Source: Klebsiella phage FKP3. Taken from it: DNA of 64,000 nucleotides. The position numbers and the translations under genes are program-made. Each line of letters starts with the position of its first letter. Position 1 is the first letter of the stretch. The notes below the pieces were generated by a model, which was given only the letters and a program-made list of their open reading frames with translations, was not told the DNA's origin and made no database searches. Positions 35,652-45,647 of this stretch are shown here, piece after piece. Location: the sequence record PP895363.1. The stretch is one strand, 5' to 3'.

Positions 35652-37901
35652 GTGATTCGATACGTAACCAAATCTAATGGAAAGAAAGAAGAGTTTAATC
35701 CCGAGAAACTTCGTAAATGGTCTGAATTCGCTGCTGGAAAACTAAACTGGTCTGAAATTGAATTAGAAGCTGTAAAACGTTGTTATGATGGGGTGTCAAC
35801 ACGCGATCTGCATAAGGCAATGATCTCTGCGTGTATTGACAAGAAAACTCAAGCATATAGTGATATGGCTGGTCGATTACTTCTTGGTATGATTTATAAG
35901 CAGGCACATGGGGGATACCACAGTATCCCTTCCCTGAATGATTTCTATAGAGATATGGTGAGCCAAGGCCACTGGATCAAAATGGATTATACCGAAGAAG
36001 AAATTAAAGAAATCGGCAAGATTGTTAAACACGATAAGAACTTGGGCTATGGTTACTCTGTTCTTCGCCAAATGTCAGATAAATACTTAGTTAAAGATGC
36101 CGTGAACGATATTGTTCATGAATCTCCACAGTTCTTATTTATCGGTGTGGCAATGAAGGTAATGGAAATCCAGCCAAAGGAACGACGCATCGAAGATATT
36201 AAGCGCCTGTACACCTATGTCAGCGATCTTAAAATCAATCTGCCGTCACCTTATCTGACGACACTGCGTACTCCTATTCCGGGCAGTGCTTCTTGTTGTT
36301 TGTTCCGTGCAGACGATACAGCAGAATCGTTGGCTATTGCAAACTATCTTGCGCACGAGTATACTCTGAATAACGCTGGTATTGGTGTTAACCTTCAGAC
36401 TCGTGCTACGGGACAAGGAGTTAAGAAAAACCGTATTATTCACGGTGGATTACTTCCCTATTTGAAGTGGATGGAAGATAGTGTTGGTGCTTCAAAACAG
36501 GCAAGTCGTGGTGGTAGTGCTACCGTCACATACACTATCTTGGAACCAGATTTTGATGACTTAATCCGTATCAAGAATCCAACAACTCCAGTTGACAAGC
36601 GTGTAGATAAGTTAGATTATTCTGTTGTGGTTAACCGTTCCTTCCTGCGTCGTGCAGCGAAAGGTGAAGAATGGATGTTGGTAAGTTGTGATGATGCTCC
36701 AGAACTCTACGAGGCTCTTTATAAGAGCGAAGAAGAGTTTGATGAGGTTTATGACCGTGTTAGTCGTAAACGTATTAAAAAGAAATTCGTTAAAGCTCGT
36801 GACCTATTGACGGAGATTATTATTCAACGTGCAGAAACAGGACGTATTTATATGTTCTTTGCTGACAACGTAAATAATCACACACCGTTTATTGATACCG
36901 TGTATCAGTCAAACCTGTGTCAGGAAATTTTCCTGCCGACGAAAGCATTCCATAAGATGACGGATCTTTTCACTGGTGATAATACTGAGGATCAGGAATT
37001 AGCTTTGTGCTTCCTATCTTCTATCGTTGCTGGTAGAGTTAAACCGGAAGAGTATGAAGATGTCGCTTACTATACCGTATTGACAATCGACAACGTTATT
37101 GAGACAATGGTTTACCCATTCAAGCACAATGAGATCACAGCGAAAGCTCGTCGTTCCATCGGTGTTGGGATTACAAACCTCGCTCATTATCTCGCAAGTA
37201 ACTTCGCGACATATTCTGACCCTTATGGTAAGAAACTGATTCACGAGTTAGCTGAACGCCACTATTTCTGGTTGGCAAGTGCATCTCTTCGCTTGGCGAA
37301 AGAGAAAGGTAATGCAGAATGGATTGACAAAACCAAATGGCCTCAAGGTTGGCTCCCAATTGACACCTACTCAAAAGCGGTAGACGATATTGGCAACTTT
37401 GAGTTGAAACACGATTGGGAAGGATTACGCCAGGAGATTATTGCCCAGGGTGGTATCCGCAATAGCGTATTAACCGCTATTGCACCAAACGAATCAAGTA
37501 GCCTAGTGAGTAACACTACTAACTCTGTATATCCAGTACGTGACACAATCATGTATAAACAGAGTCAGAAAGGTAATGTATTGTTCATTGTACCTGACTA
37601 CGAAAAGCTGAAGACTGTTTATCAGAGTGCATGGGATACTCCTGCAAAAGATATTGCGGAAATGTACGGATTGTTAACTAAATTCATGGATCAGGGTATT
37701 TCCTGTGACGAATGGGTTGACTATTCGAAAATGGATGGTGGTCGTCTATCTATTAAAGCTCAGATGCAATTTATCTTTACATTTGCTAAGTTAGGTGGTA
37801 AGTCTCTTTACTATCTGAATAGTAAAACTAAGTCAGCCGAATCTTTGGCTCAAGAGGATTCTGGTTTTGATGAAGATGGTTGTTCCGCTTGCAAGATGTA
37901 G
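35652..37901 (+). CDS. nrdA: ribonucleoside-diphosphate reductase alpha subunit (class Ia)
   Basis: 749 aa; N-terminal ATP-cone, catalytic core motifs, C-terminal redox-active CSACKM. Confidence 0.75.
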   Translation: MIRYVTKSNGKKEEFNPEKLRKWSEFAAGKLNWSEIELEAVKRCYDGVSTRDLHKAMISACIDKKTQAYSDMAGRLLLGMIYKQAHGGYHSIPSLNDFYRDMVSQGHWIKMDYTEEEIKEIGKIVKHDKNLGYGYSVLRQMSDKYLVKDAVNDIVHESPQFLFIGVAMKVMEIQPKERRIEDIKRLYTYVSDLKINLPSPYLTTLRTPIPGSASCCLFRADDTAESLAIANYLAHEYTLNNAGIGVNLQTRATGQGVKKNRIIHGGLLPYLKWMEDSVGASKQASRGGSATVTYTILEPDFDDLIRIKNPTTPVDKRVDKLDYSVVVNRSFLRRAAKGEEWMLVSCDDAPELYEALYKSEEEFDEVYDRVSRKRIKKKFVKARDLLTEIIIQRAETGRIYMFFADNVNNHTPFIDTVYQSNLCQEIFLPTKAFHKMTDLFTGDNTEDQELALCFLSSIVAGRVKPEEYEDVAYYTVLTIDNVIETMVYPFKHNEITAKARRSIGVGITNLAHYLASNFATYSDPYGKKLIHELAERHYFWLASASLRLAKEKGNAEWIDKTKWPQGWLPIDTYSKAVDDIGNFELKHDWEGLRQEIIAQGGIRNSVLTAIAPNESSSLVSNTTNSVYPVRDTIMYKQSQKGNVLFIVPDYEKLKTVYQSAWDTPAKDIAEMYGLLTKFMDQGISCDEWVDYSKMDGGRLSIKAQMQFIFTFAKLGGKSLYYLNSKTKSAESLAQEDSGFDEDGCSACKM

Positions 37902-37907
37902 TATCAA

Positions 37908-37930
37908 GGGGCGAAAGCCCCTTTATTTTT
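37908..37930 (+). terminator. rho-independent terminator (hairpin also compatible with readthrough attenuation)
   Basis: GGGGCgaaaGCCCC followed by tttattttt. Confidence 0.45.
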
Positions 37931-37942
37931 CTAAGGAGGATT

Positions 37943-38272
37943 ATGAATTCTATAATCGTATTGTCTGGAGTAACCAAGTTACTACCGCTCAAGAATTATG
38001 TCTTGGTTGACCCAAAAGATTTCACATTGGATTGGTGTTGTCAGTTTATCGGAGGAACGGATTTTACTAGTGCGGAGATCTGGGAATCTTTTGACTCTAA
38101 GGCAACTGCATATACGCTCTCCAGAGTAAGAACCTATGGTTCAGAATTTAGTGTGCTACTAACACAAAGTGTGTGGGATGGTTTGGAAGAATACTATCGA
38201 GAATATGGTGTCAAAGAGAGTGAGATAGAAGTGTTAAAATCATGGTGTGATATAGTGGAGGATTTAAAATAA
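37943..38272 (+). CDS. hypothetical protein between nrdA and nrdB (109 aa)
   Basis: SD TAAGGAGGATT-ATG. Confidence 0.3.
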   Translation: MNSIIVLSGVTKLLPLKNYVLVDPKDFTLDWCCQFIGGTDFTSAEIWESFDSKATAYTLSRVRTYGSEFSVLLTQSVWDGLEEYYREYGVKESEIEVLKSWCDIVEDLK

Positions 38273-39357
38273 TGGCAGCAATTAACCTACATAACGAAAC
38301 TTATAAAGAGGGTAAATACCCTGTCTTCTTAGGTGAACAACTGGGAATTTTCGATTCTATCAACGTCACCTATCCTGAAATGCATCGTTTGTACAAACTA
38401 CAAAAGGCCCAAGATTGGGATGAAAATGAAGTCAACTTAGATCAAACAAGAAAAGACTTCGTAGCGTGTTCTGCAAATAACTACGATGTGATGATAAAGA
38501 ACCTGTCGTTCCAGTGGGAGAATGATTCCCTGGCGAAATCTATTATCACGTTGTTCGCTCCGTTCCTGAGTAATAACGAAGCTTGTGCGATGATGATGAA
38601 GCAGTCTGAAATTGAAGTGCTTCACGCTCTCACTTACTCTGAAATTATCCGTCAGTGTATTCCAAATCCAAACGAAGTGATTGAACAAATCATGGAGAAT
38701 GACCGTATTTTCCAGCGTATGGGTGTTGTGGAAGAAGTTATGTCCGAACTGTATGAAGCTGGTCACAAATACGCCCTTGGTGAATTGGAAGCAAATGACG
38801 ACCTGCGTCTGCTGATCCTCAAAGGTATGATTGCTCTAATTGGTCTGGAAGGTATTCAGTTTATTTCTTCTTTCTCTGCAACATTTGCTTTAGCAGAGCA
38901 ACAATTGTTCGTTGGTGCATGTAAGCTGATTCAGAAAATTATGTTGGATGAGGTATTGCATGTTAAGATGGATTATGCTATTATTGACGCGCTGATGAAA
39001 GAACCTGAATGGAAGAAAGTTTATGAAGATAACATTGAAGAGCTGACTGGTATTCTGGATACTATTATTGCCCAAGAAGAAGATTGGTGCGATTACCTGT
39101 TCAGTGAAGGACGTGTTATTGTTGGCCTGAATGCTGAGCTGTCAAAACAATGGGTTTACTTCAATGCTGCACCTATTTATCGTCGTTTAAAGATGAAACA
39201 CAAATTCCGTGCTCCAAAACAAACCCCTTTAGCCTGGATGGATGTGTGGCTAAACCCGGATCAAATTCAAGCAGCAGCCCAAGAGATTCAGCGTACTGAT
39301 TATAAACTTAATTCAGCAAATAAAGATATTTCTGATGATGAAGAGTTTGATTTTTGA
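38272..39357 (+). CDS. nrdB: ribonucleoside-diphosphate reductase beta subunit
   Basis: 361 aa ferritin-like protein; acidic C-terminal tail DDEEFDF for alpha-subunit binding. Confidence 0.7.
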   Translation: MAAINLHNETYKEGKYPVFLGEQLGIFDSINVTYPEMHRLYKLQKAQDWDENEVNLDQTRKDFVACSANNYDVMIKNLSFQWENDSLAKSIITLFAPFLSNNEACAMMMKQSEIEVLHALTYSEIIRQCIPNPNEVIEQIMENDRIFQRMGVVEEVMSELYEAGHKYALGELEANDDLRLLILKGMIALIGLEGIQFISSFSATFALAEQQLFVGACKLIQKIMLDEVLHVKMDYAIIDALMKEPEWKKVYEDNIEELTGILDTIIAQEEDWCDYLFSEGRVIVGLNAELSKQWVYFNAAPIYRRLKMKHKFRAPKQTPLAWMDVWLNPDQIQAAAQEIQRTDYKLNSANKDISDDEEFDF

Positions 39358-39366
39358 GGAGAAAAC

Positions 39367-39570
39367 ATGATTGAATTTGAAGACGCTAGTATAATTTCAG
39401 AATTAGTTGTTGAGGAAGGTGGTGCTGTTGACTTTGTGTCTAATGATGGAAGTCTTAAGAAAGGTTACTCCATATTCGTCAAATCAGAAGAATCAGGAGA
39501 TATTTTTGAGTTGGTGTTATCAGAACTAGAGTTGAAAACTATGCTTAAACAGATTAAAGAGGAGTTATAA
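39367..39570 (+). CDS. hypothetical acidic protein, 67 aa
   Basis: ORF. Confidence 0.3.
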   Translation: MIEFEDASIISELVVEEGGAVDFVSNDGSLKKGYSIFVKSEESGDIFELVLSELELKTMLKQIKEEL

Positions 39571-39896
39571 TGGGAATTGATATTGGCTGGAAAATGATTC
39601 AAGGTGCTCCTTTCTCAGTTTGGGAGCAAGCATTAGGAGATAATGAAGAAGTTGTTGAAGGATATGATGGGGATTTCACTTGGTTCCTATATGATTGTCT
39701 TAAAGTAGTTTCTGCTTCTCCTTATTATGATGCTGCTCAAGAAGATTGTATGTTTGGTGTTGAACTAGCTGGCGGGGATTATGCAAAAGATATAGATTTG
39801 AAATTCCTTACTGTAAAGGCTGAAGAAATTGCTAAAGAACTTAAAGAGAAATATGGAATTGAGACAACAACCATTTGCAGTCAAAATGTTTGGTAA
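39570..39896 (+). CDS. hypothetical protein, 108 aa
   Basis: ORF. Confidence 0.3.
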   Translation: MGIDIGWKMIQGAPFSVWEQALGDNEEVVEGYDGDFTWFLYDCLKVVSASPYYDAAQEDCMFGVELAGGDYAKDIDLKFLTVKAEEIAKELKEKYGIETTTICSQNVW

Positions 39897-39907
39897 GAGG
39901 GGTAAGA

Positions 39908-40477
39908 GTGGAGAATACTCATAACGTAAGAGAGACAGGTATTGAAGGTCTCCTAATAATCACACCTAGAGTATTTGCTGATGACCGAGGATTTTTTCTA
40001 GAATCTTTTAATCAAGCTCGTTATGATACTCTTATTGGAAAATATACATTTGTTCAAGACAATCATTCTCGTTCTTCAAAAGGAGTCCTGCGTGGACTCC
40101 ACTATCAAGAAACAAATCCTCAAGGTAAGTTGGTGCGATGCACAAGTGGCATGGTCTTTGACGTAGCTGTTGATTTGCGTGAAGGTAGTCCGACCTTTGG
40201 AGAGTGGGAGGGTGTGGTACTTAGCGAACAAAACAAGGTGCAGTTCTGGATTCCACCAGGCTTCGCCCACGGTTTCGTTGTGGTTTCTGATACTGCCGAC
40301 TTCGAGTACAAATGCACTGAATATTACGATCCTACGTCAGAGCGTAGCCTCGCTTGGAATGATCCAGATGTGGCTGTTGATTGGGGATTTGACCTCATCT
40401 TTAATGATGACTACTTTAAGCCTATCTTGTCCCAAAAAGACCGAGAGGCTAAAACGTTAAGGGAGATCTTTGGATGA
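39908..40477 (+). CDS. rmlC: dTDP-4-dehydrorhamnose 3,5-epimerase homologue (RmlC-like cupin)
   Basis: High similarity to E. coli RmlC by eye: FADDRGFFLESF, VQDNHSRSSKGVLRGLHYQ, QGKLVRC, VFDVAVDLREGSPTFG, WIPPGFAHGF; GTG start with SD GAGGGG. Confidence 0.6.
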   Translation: MENTHNVRETGIEGLLIITPRVFADDRGFFLESFNQARYDTLIGKYTFVQDNHSRSSKGVLRGLHYQETNPQGKLVRCTSGMVFDVAVDLREGSPTFGEWEGVVLSEQNKVQFWIPPGFAHGFVVVSDTADFEYKCTEYYDPTSERSLAWNDPDVAVDWGFDLIFNDDYFKPILSQKDREAKTLREIFG

Positions 40478-41316
40478 AACGTTACTTAGTATTGGGAGCG
40501 CAAGGACAATTAGGCCAAGCACTCAAGAAAGTGAAACCCGATGACGTGGAACTCATCAGACCTGATCGTAAACGCAGCGACATTACCAATTTTGAGCAAA
40601 TCCGTAACTTGATTATTGATGAGATGCCAGATGCAGTTATTAACTGTGCAGCTTACACGGATGTTGACAAAGCAGAAGATAACATTCAAGCGGCTTTAGA
40701 AGTAAATGCTTATGGTGCGGCTAATATTGCTAAAATTTGTAGTGAATTGCACATTGATTTAATCCACATTTCGACTGATTATGTTTTTGATGGTTCATTC
40801 CCTGGTATTGAAGGTGCTCAGACCAATCCTTTGAACGTATACGGTTATTCCAAACGTTTTGGTGAGGAATTAGTTCATGCCGTTCATCCTGGGGCATTAA
40901 TTATTCGTACTGCTTCGGTATACAGTGAGTTTGGCAATAACTTCCTCAAAACACTGTTAAGTCGTTATAACGCAGGTCAGAGGGAGTTTGATGTGATCTG
41001 TGATCATTATTCCTGCCCAACATATGCTCCTGATCTTGCTGAGACGATTTTTACTATGCTGGAGTACGGGGTTGGTGCTAGGATATATCATTATGCAGGC
41101 AAGGACTATTTAAGTTGGTATGACTTCGCTACAAATATTTTCTGCGAAATAGATACGACAGTTAAAGTGAATCCAATATCTGCTTCGCAATATAATTCCA
41201 AGGCACCACGTCCTGCTAAATCTTATCTTGAAACCAAAGGCTTTCTGAATCCAAAACCAGTAGTCTGCGGTATTAATGAATCACTGAAAGTTCTATTAAA
41301 TAAGGAGAGAGAATGA
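40474..41316 (+). CDS. rmlD: dTDP-4-dehydrorhamnose reductase homologue (RmlD-like)
   Basis: VINCAAYTDVDKAE, HISTDYVFDG, NPLNVYGYSKRFGE motifs as in RmlD. Confidence 0.6.
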   Translation: MKRYLVLGAQGQLGQALKKVKPDDVELIRPDRKRSDITNFEQIRNLIIDEMPDAVINCAAYTDVDKAEDNIQAALEVNAYGAANIAKICSELHIDLIHISTDYVFDGSFPGIEGAQTNPLNVYGYSKRFGEELVHAVHPGALIIRTASVYSEFGNNFLKTLLSRYNAGQREFDVICDHYSCPTYAPDLAETIFTMLEYGVGARIYHYAGKDYLSWYDFATNIFCEIDTTVKVNPISASQYNSKAPRPAKSYLETKGFLNPKPVVCGINESLKVLLNKERE

Positions 41317-41579
41317 ATTTTGTAATCTACGGTAAACCTGACTGCCAATTCTGCAACATGGCTAAACAACTGTTGGAGATGAGAGGTCAGGATTTTAAAT
41401 ATCTTACCTTGGATGAAGATTATTCTCTAGACCACATGCAAGCAGTGGTCATAGAGAAAACAGGAGTTCCACCACGCACTTTTCCTCAGATTCTAGTACA
41501 GGAAGATGCTGACGTGGACTATAAACACGTAGGAGGTTTTACAGAACTACGTGAATTCATGGCTCAGATTGCGGAGTAA
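41313..41579 (+). CDS. glutaredoxin/NrdC-like redoxin
   Basis: 88 aa; active site CQFC near the N-terminus. Confidence 0.55.
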   Translation: MNFVIYGKPDCQFCNMAKQLLEMRGQDFKYLTLDEDYSLDHMQAVVIEKTGVPPRTFPQILVQEDADVDYKHVGGFTELREFMAQIAE

Positions 41580-41583
41580 CAAT

Positions 41584-41729
41584 ATGAAAGGTAAACAAAA
41601 ACGTAAGATCTTTTCTCGTGCTTTAGCAGCAGAGCTTAAGTCCCACACTAAGAAAACAAAACCGAAACGTGAACCAACTCAAGAACACATGCTTTTTGAT
41701 GTTCTGGATCATGGTGAGGTTGACGCATA
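41584..41729 (+). CDS. small basic protein, 48 aa
   Basis: MKGKQKRKIFSRALAAELKSHTKKTKPKREPTQ... Confidence 0.25.
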
Positions 41730-41737
41730 AGGAAAAC

Positions 41738-42238
41738 ATGGCTAGAGTAGTAGATGAGTTTGATATGCTTCGCTTAGATGAAGGCTTAAAGCTAACTGTC
41801 TATAAAGATACCCTTGGGTATTGGACAATTGGTATTGGGCATCTTTTAACAAAAGTCAAAGATAAAGCAGTGGCTATTGCTGAACTGGATAAGCTAGTAG
41901 GTCGTAAGACCAATGGAGTTATCACTGAAGCAGAAGCACGTGCTATATTCCGAGATGATGTTGATAAGGCAACTAAGCAAATCAAACAGAGTAAGATCCT
42001 GTCTCCTATCTACGATAAGGTAACTCCTATTCGTAAAATGGCAATCATCAATATGGTATTCCAAATGGGGATTGCTGGAGCAGAATCTTTCCAAAATAGC
42101 TTGACATTAGTTAGTAATTCGTACTATACTCAGGCTGGTACTAACTTACGGAAGAGTAAGTGGTACAAACAAACGCCTAATCGTGCAGAGCGAGTAATCA
42201 AGGTTCTAACCTCTGGAACACTTGATGCTTACAACTAA
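41738..42238 (+). CDS. T4 e-type lysozyme (endolysin)
   Basis: MARVVDEFDMLRLDEGLKLTVYKDTLGYWTIGIGHLLTK and NMVFQMGIAG closely match T4 lysozyme; start at the internal ATG at 41738. Confidence 0.7.
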   Translation: MARVVDEFDMLRLDEGLKLTVYKDTLGYWTIGIGHLLTKVKDKAVAIAELDKLVGRKTNGVITEAEARAIFRDDVDKATKQIKQSKILSPIYDKVTPIRKMAIINMVFQMGIAGAESFQNSLTLVSNSYYTQAGTNLRKSKWYKQTPNRAERVIKVLTSGTLDAYN

Positions 42239-42274
42239 CAAAGGGGCGTAAGCCCCTTATTAAGGAGCGGTACT

Positions 42275-43030
42275 ATGGGAAATAAACCAGCAAAAACTCG
42301 TCGTCAAGAGTTAGCAAACAATGATAAACGCGAAAGTCGCTACGCACAAAAGGCTGTAGGAAATGACGACTATCGTTTAGACGAATTTTATCCTACCGAA
42401 GCGCAACAAGACATTGTACATAGTATGGTGTGGAATGATTTGACTATCGTTACTGCCCCAGCAGGTACTGGTAAAACATCCACAGCCCTATGGAAAGCAC
42501 TACAAATGCTCCGTGCAGGAGACTATCGTAAACTTATCTTCCTTAAAAATCCAACGGAAGTCGGTGATGACCAGATTGGTTTTTTATCAGGGGATAAAAC
42601 AGACAAACTGGCAGCCCACTATGATTCAACGAAACGCATCTTCCAGCAGTTCATGACCGCGAATAAGCTAGAAAATGATATTTCTTCTGGTAAGATTGAG
42701 CTTAATATTCCGAACTACATGCTTGGTGCCACCCTGGATAACTCCATTGTTTTAATTGATGAAGCACAGCTCATGTCCCCGGATACTTTAAAGCTTCTCG
42801 TTGAGCGAGCAGGTATTAATACTCATGTTGTTGTTCTTGGAGATATTAGGCAAACATATGCTATTAAGAAACGTCCTAATGGTCTAAAAGATCTTCTAGA
42901 CCATCTCGTACCAGAAGATGAGTATGGTGATAGACAACCTATCGTAGACTTTATCGGTTATGTAGAAATGTCCTCGGATGAAAACAAACGTTCTCGTCTT
43001 TCTAAGTTGATGACAGACGTTTATAAGTGA
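42275..43030 (+). CDS. phoH: PhoH-like ATPase
   Basis: Walker A TAPAGTGKTS; 251 aa. Confidence 0.6.
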   Translation: MGNKPAKTRRQELANNDKRESRYAQKAVGNDDYRLDEFYPTEAQQDIVHSMVWNDLTIVTAPAGTGKTSTALWKALQMLRAGDYRKLIFLKNPTEVGDDQIGFLSGDKTDKLAAHYDSTKRIFQQFMTANKLENDISSGKIELNIPNYMLGATLDNSIVLIDEAQLMSPDTLKLLVERAGINTHVVVLGDIRQTYAIKKRPNGLKDLLDHLVPEDEYGDRQPIVDFIGYVEMSSDENKRSRLSKLMTDVYK

Positions 43031-43068
43031 TAATAATAAGGCAAGGACGCCACTTTTAAGGAGAGATA

Positions 43069-43560
43069 ATGGTTTTTGTTGAGATTGATAAGAATGGAAT
43101 AGACGAGTGTTATCAAGCAGGGTTAGTAAAACCCAATGAGTTTAGACAAATTTGTAGTAATCTTATCGAGCAGGAAATATCTTTAAGATTAGAAAATCTG
43201 ACTTTAAGACAAAAATTTAAAATGTTTTTATCGTGGATTACAAATAAAAATTATATTTTAAGCTACTATCAAGAACTTTCTGATAGTAATGGGAGCTTAC
43301 TTGAGTGTATAATAGATATAGCAGGCTCAACTCCTGAGCTTCTTCTTTTAGATGAAGAAGAGAGTAAACTATTGTTCTTAAGTAATATATTCCATAAAAA
43401 ATCTTTGCTAGTGAGAGAATGCAGTGATTTACTGAATCATCCTCTGGCAGTATCCAGTAAAATAACAGTAGATAAAGAAACATTGCGAGCCATTGATTAT
43501 TTAAGAAAATACACTAATGGTGGCAAAGCTGTTCTTAAAACACTTCAGGAGGAGAAATAA
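43069..43560 (+). CDS. hypothetical protein, 163 aa
   Basis: ORF. Confidence 0.3.
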   Translation: MVFVEIDKNGIDECYQAGLVKPNEFRQICSNLIEQEISLRLENLTLRQKFKMFLSWITNKNYILSYYQELSDSNGSLLECIIDIAGSTPELLLLDEEESKLLFLSNIFHKKSLLVRECSDLLNHPLAVSSKITVDKETLRAIDYLRKYTNGGKAVLKTLQEEK

Positions 43561-43561
43561 T

Positions 43562-44188
43562 ATGACAACAATTATTGCAACAAGAAATAAAATCCTTAGT
43601 GATGGTAAAGTGACTGTAGGCTCCAGAGTAGATCAATACAATTTTAAAAAAGTAAGAAAAATTGGTGATTATCTTGTAGGTGGTGCAGGTCGTTTATCTT
43701 CTATTTTAACTTTTTTCTCTTGGTTTGAACAAAACCTACAATGCCAAGCCGCACAGGAAGCTATTCCAGGTTTAATGATTCAATCTGATCCAGACAAAGA
43801 AGATGAAGAATTTGTAGCACTTGTTGTTCATCCCGATGGTAAAATTTTTATTCATGAAGGAAACAATCCAGCACGTGCAATGCCGATAGAAGCTGAATAC
43901 TACGCTGTAGGAAGTGGAGCAGATTACGCTTTAGCAGCATTAGATAGTGGCGCTACACCAGAAGTTGCAATGGATGTCGCTAAACTGAGGGATGCTTTTT
44001 CTGGAGGAGATACCTTCACAGAAGAGCAAAAAGTTCCCGTGGATATTACTGACGAGGATCTCCGTGGATTCACCCGAGCACAACTTTTAAATCTCCTCCT
44101 TACAGGTAGCCCTGATGGCGAAGAAGGGGATAGAATTCTGGCTGAAGGCTCAGATGAGACAGACGCATCAAGTAGTGTAGACAACTAA
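43562..44188 (+). CDS. HslV-like N-terminal nucleophile (proteasome beta-type) peptidase with acidic C-terminal extension
   Basis: MTTIIATRNKILSDGKVTVG...KVRKIGDYLVGGAG parallels E. coli HslV ([21 protein letters not shown]...VKKVRRL...AGFAG); Thr right after Met. Confidence 0.45.
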   Translation: MTTIIATRNKILSDGKVTVGSRVDQYNFKKVRKIGDYLVGGAGRLSSILTFFSWFEQNLQCQAAQEAIPGLMIQSDPDKEDEEFVALVVHPDGKIFIHEGNNPARAMPIEAEYYAVGSGADYALAALDSGATPEVAMDVAKLRDAFSGGDTFTEEQKVPVDITDEDLRGFTRAQLLNLLLTGSPDGEEGDRILAEGSDETDASSSVDN

Positions 44189-44192
44189 TAAA

Positions 44193-44212
44193 AATGCCCT
44201 TCGGGGCATTTT
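44193..44212 (+). terminator. rho-independent terminator
   Basis: ATGCCCttcgGGGCAT followed by tttaagg. Confidence 0.4.
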
Positions 44213-44223
44213 AAGGAGGAGAT

Positions 44224-44658
44224 ATGTTACCTATCCCAGTAGAGTTTTTTGATAAACAAGTATATGCTTATCAGCAAACATGTAAGCGTGCTGAAAATTA
44301 TTTAAGTTATCTTTCTAACAAGCGTTACGTTTTAACTGAGAAGTTAAGTTGGTGGAGAACACGCCAATGGGAGGTTAATGCTTTTGGAGAAATGATGCAC
44401 GTTGTTGGTTCTCTCGATAATGCCATAGAATGGCTACTTCAAGAAGATAAGATATCTCCTTTAGATTATCAACTACTCAAGTTCTATGAATACTCTGATA
44501 TGGTAGATGCTTTATTAGAAGTATTAAAAGCGCGTGAGGAAAATCAGGTAATTCCTGTATCTCTGGAGGAGTTTCAGGTTCTTATGGATATTAGCTCCTT
44601 TGAGGAAGATCCTGATTTAACTAAAGAGGATATTTTAGAAATTGGCAAACAACTATGA
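44224..44658 (+). CDS. hypothetical protein, 144 aa
   Basis: ORF. Confidence 0.3.
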   Translation: MLPIPVEFFDKQVYAYQQTCKRAENYLSYLSNKRYVLTEKLSWWRTRQWEVNAFGEMMHVVGSLDNAIEWLLQEDKISPLDYQLLKFYEYSDMVDALLEVLKAREENQVIPVSLEEFQVLMDISSFEEDPDLTKEDILEIGKQL

Positions 44659-45151
44659 AAGGCCGGATAATGATTTTTATCCTACCCCACAAAAGTGTAT
44701 AGATAGTTTATTCGGTATTATAGATTTTAAAAATCTTGTGGAAGAGGGATGGACTTTTGCTGAACCTTGTAGAGGTTTAGCAAATGCTATCTATCAGCAT
44801 TTTCCAGAAGGATCTGAATATTGTGAGTTAGATGAGGGGATAGATTATTTTAATAGTAGTTGGAAGAGAAAGCCAGATGCTATTATCACAAATCCTCCAT
44901 TTAAACTGGCATTACAATTCTTAGAGAAGAGTCTACAAGAATGTGATGTATGTATATACCTCCTTCGTTTAGGATTCTTAGAATCCAAGAAACGTAGGGA
45001 GTTTCATAAAAATAATCCCCCTAATCATTTGATCGTTTTGTCAGAAAGACCCTCTTTTGTTGGTGGCGGGACAGATAAAACAGCATATGCGTGGTATGTT
45101 TATGACCCTAAGAATCGTCTAGGGCTTACACAACCTTTCTATTTTGTATGA
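44642..45151 (+). CDS. DNA N6-adenine methyltransferase (putative)
   Basis: DFYPTP, EPCRGLANA (motif I-like) and NPPF (motif IV). Confidence 0.5.
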   Translation: MANNYERPDNDFYPTPQKCIDSLFGIIDFKNLVEEGWTFAEPCRGLANAIYQHFPEGSEYCELDEGIDYFNSSWKRKPDAIITNPPFKLALQFLEKSLQECDVCIYLLRLGFLESKKRREFHKNNPPNHLIVLSERPSFVGGGTDKTAYAWYVYDPKNRLGLTQPFYFV

Positions 45152-45386
45152 GGAGAAACTAATGGAATCAACTTTTAATTTTAACATCTCGCTTATCTTT
45201 ACAGAAGATGATGACTTGAGCCTTAATATCACTACAGATTCAGACGGTATTGAAACTATTCAACAAGCAGCAATTTCTATGTTCTTCAAAGAAGCTATGA
45301 CGGCACAAACAGAAAGCATGGCTGGACTGGCTATAGAGTACGGGAAGATTGCTAAAAGTCTTCAGGATGAACGAGATAACTACTAG
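45144..45386 (+). CDS. hypothetical protein, 80 aa
   Basis: ORF. Confidence 0.3.
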   Translation: MYEEKLMESTFNFNISLIFTEDDDLSLNITTDSDGIETIQQAAISMFFKEAMTAQTESMAGLAIEYGKIAKSLQDERDNY

Positions 45387-45394
45387 GAATAAAA

Positions 45395-45598
45395 ATGCCA
45401 TACAGTTATTACTTAGTGTACACTAATGAAAGTACTAAGAAGGACACGGGAACTAATGTCTACGCTGCTAATGAACAGCAAGCAAAAGATATTGGTGCTG
45501 TTCTTCTGTCACGTATAACAGGAAAGAATATCACTCCTGATAAAGTTTTTGTTGATGAAGAATCAACTATTCAGGAAGATGATATCACAACCACTTGA
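45395..45598 (+). CDS. hypothetical protein, 67 aa
   Basis: ORF. Confidence 0.3.
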   Translation: MPYSYYLVYTNESTKKDTGTNVYAANEQQAKDIGAVLLSRITGKNITPDKVFVDEESTIQEDDITTT

Positions 45599-45647
45599 CA
45601 TACGATGAAGAGTAGTGCATACTCTTCATAAATAGCAGGAGGGCATT

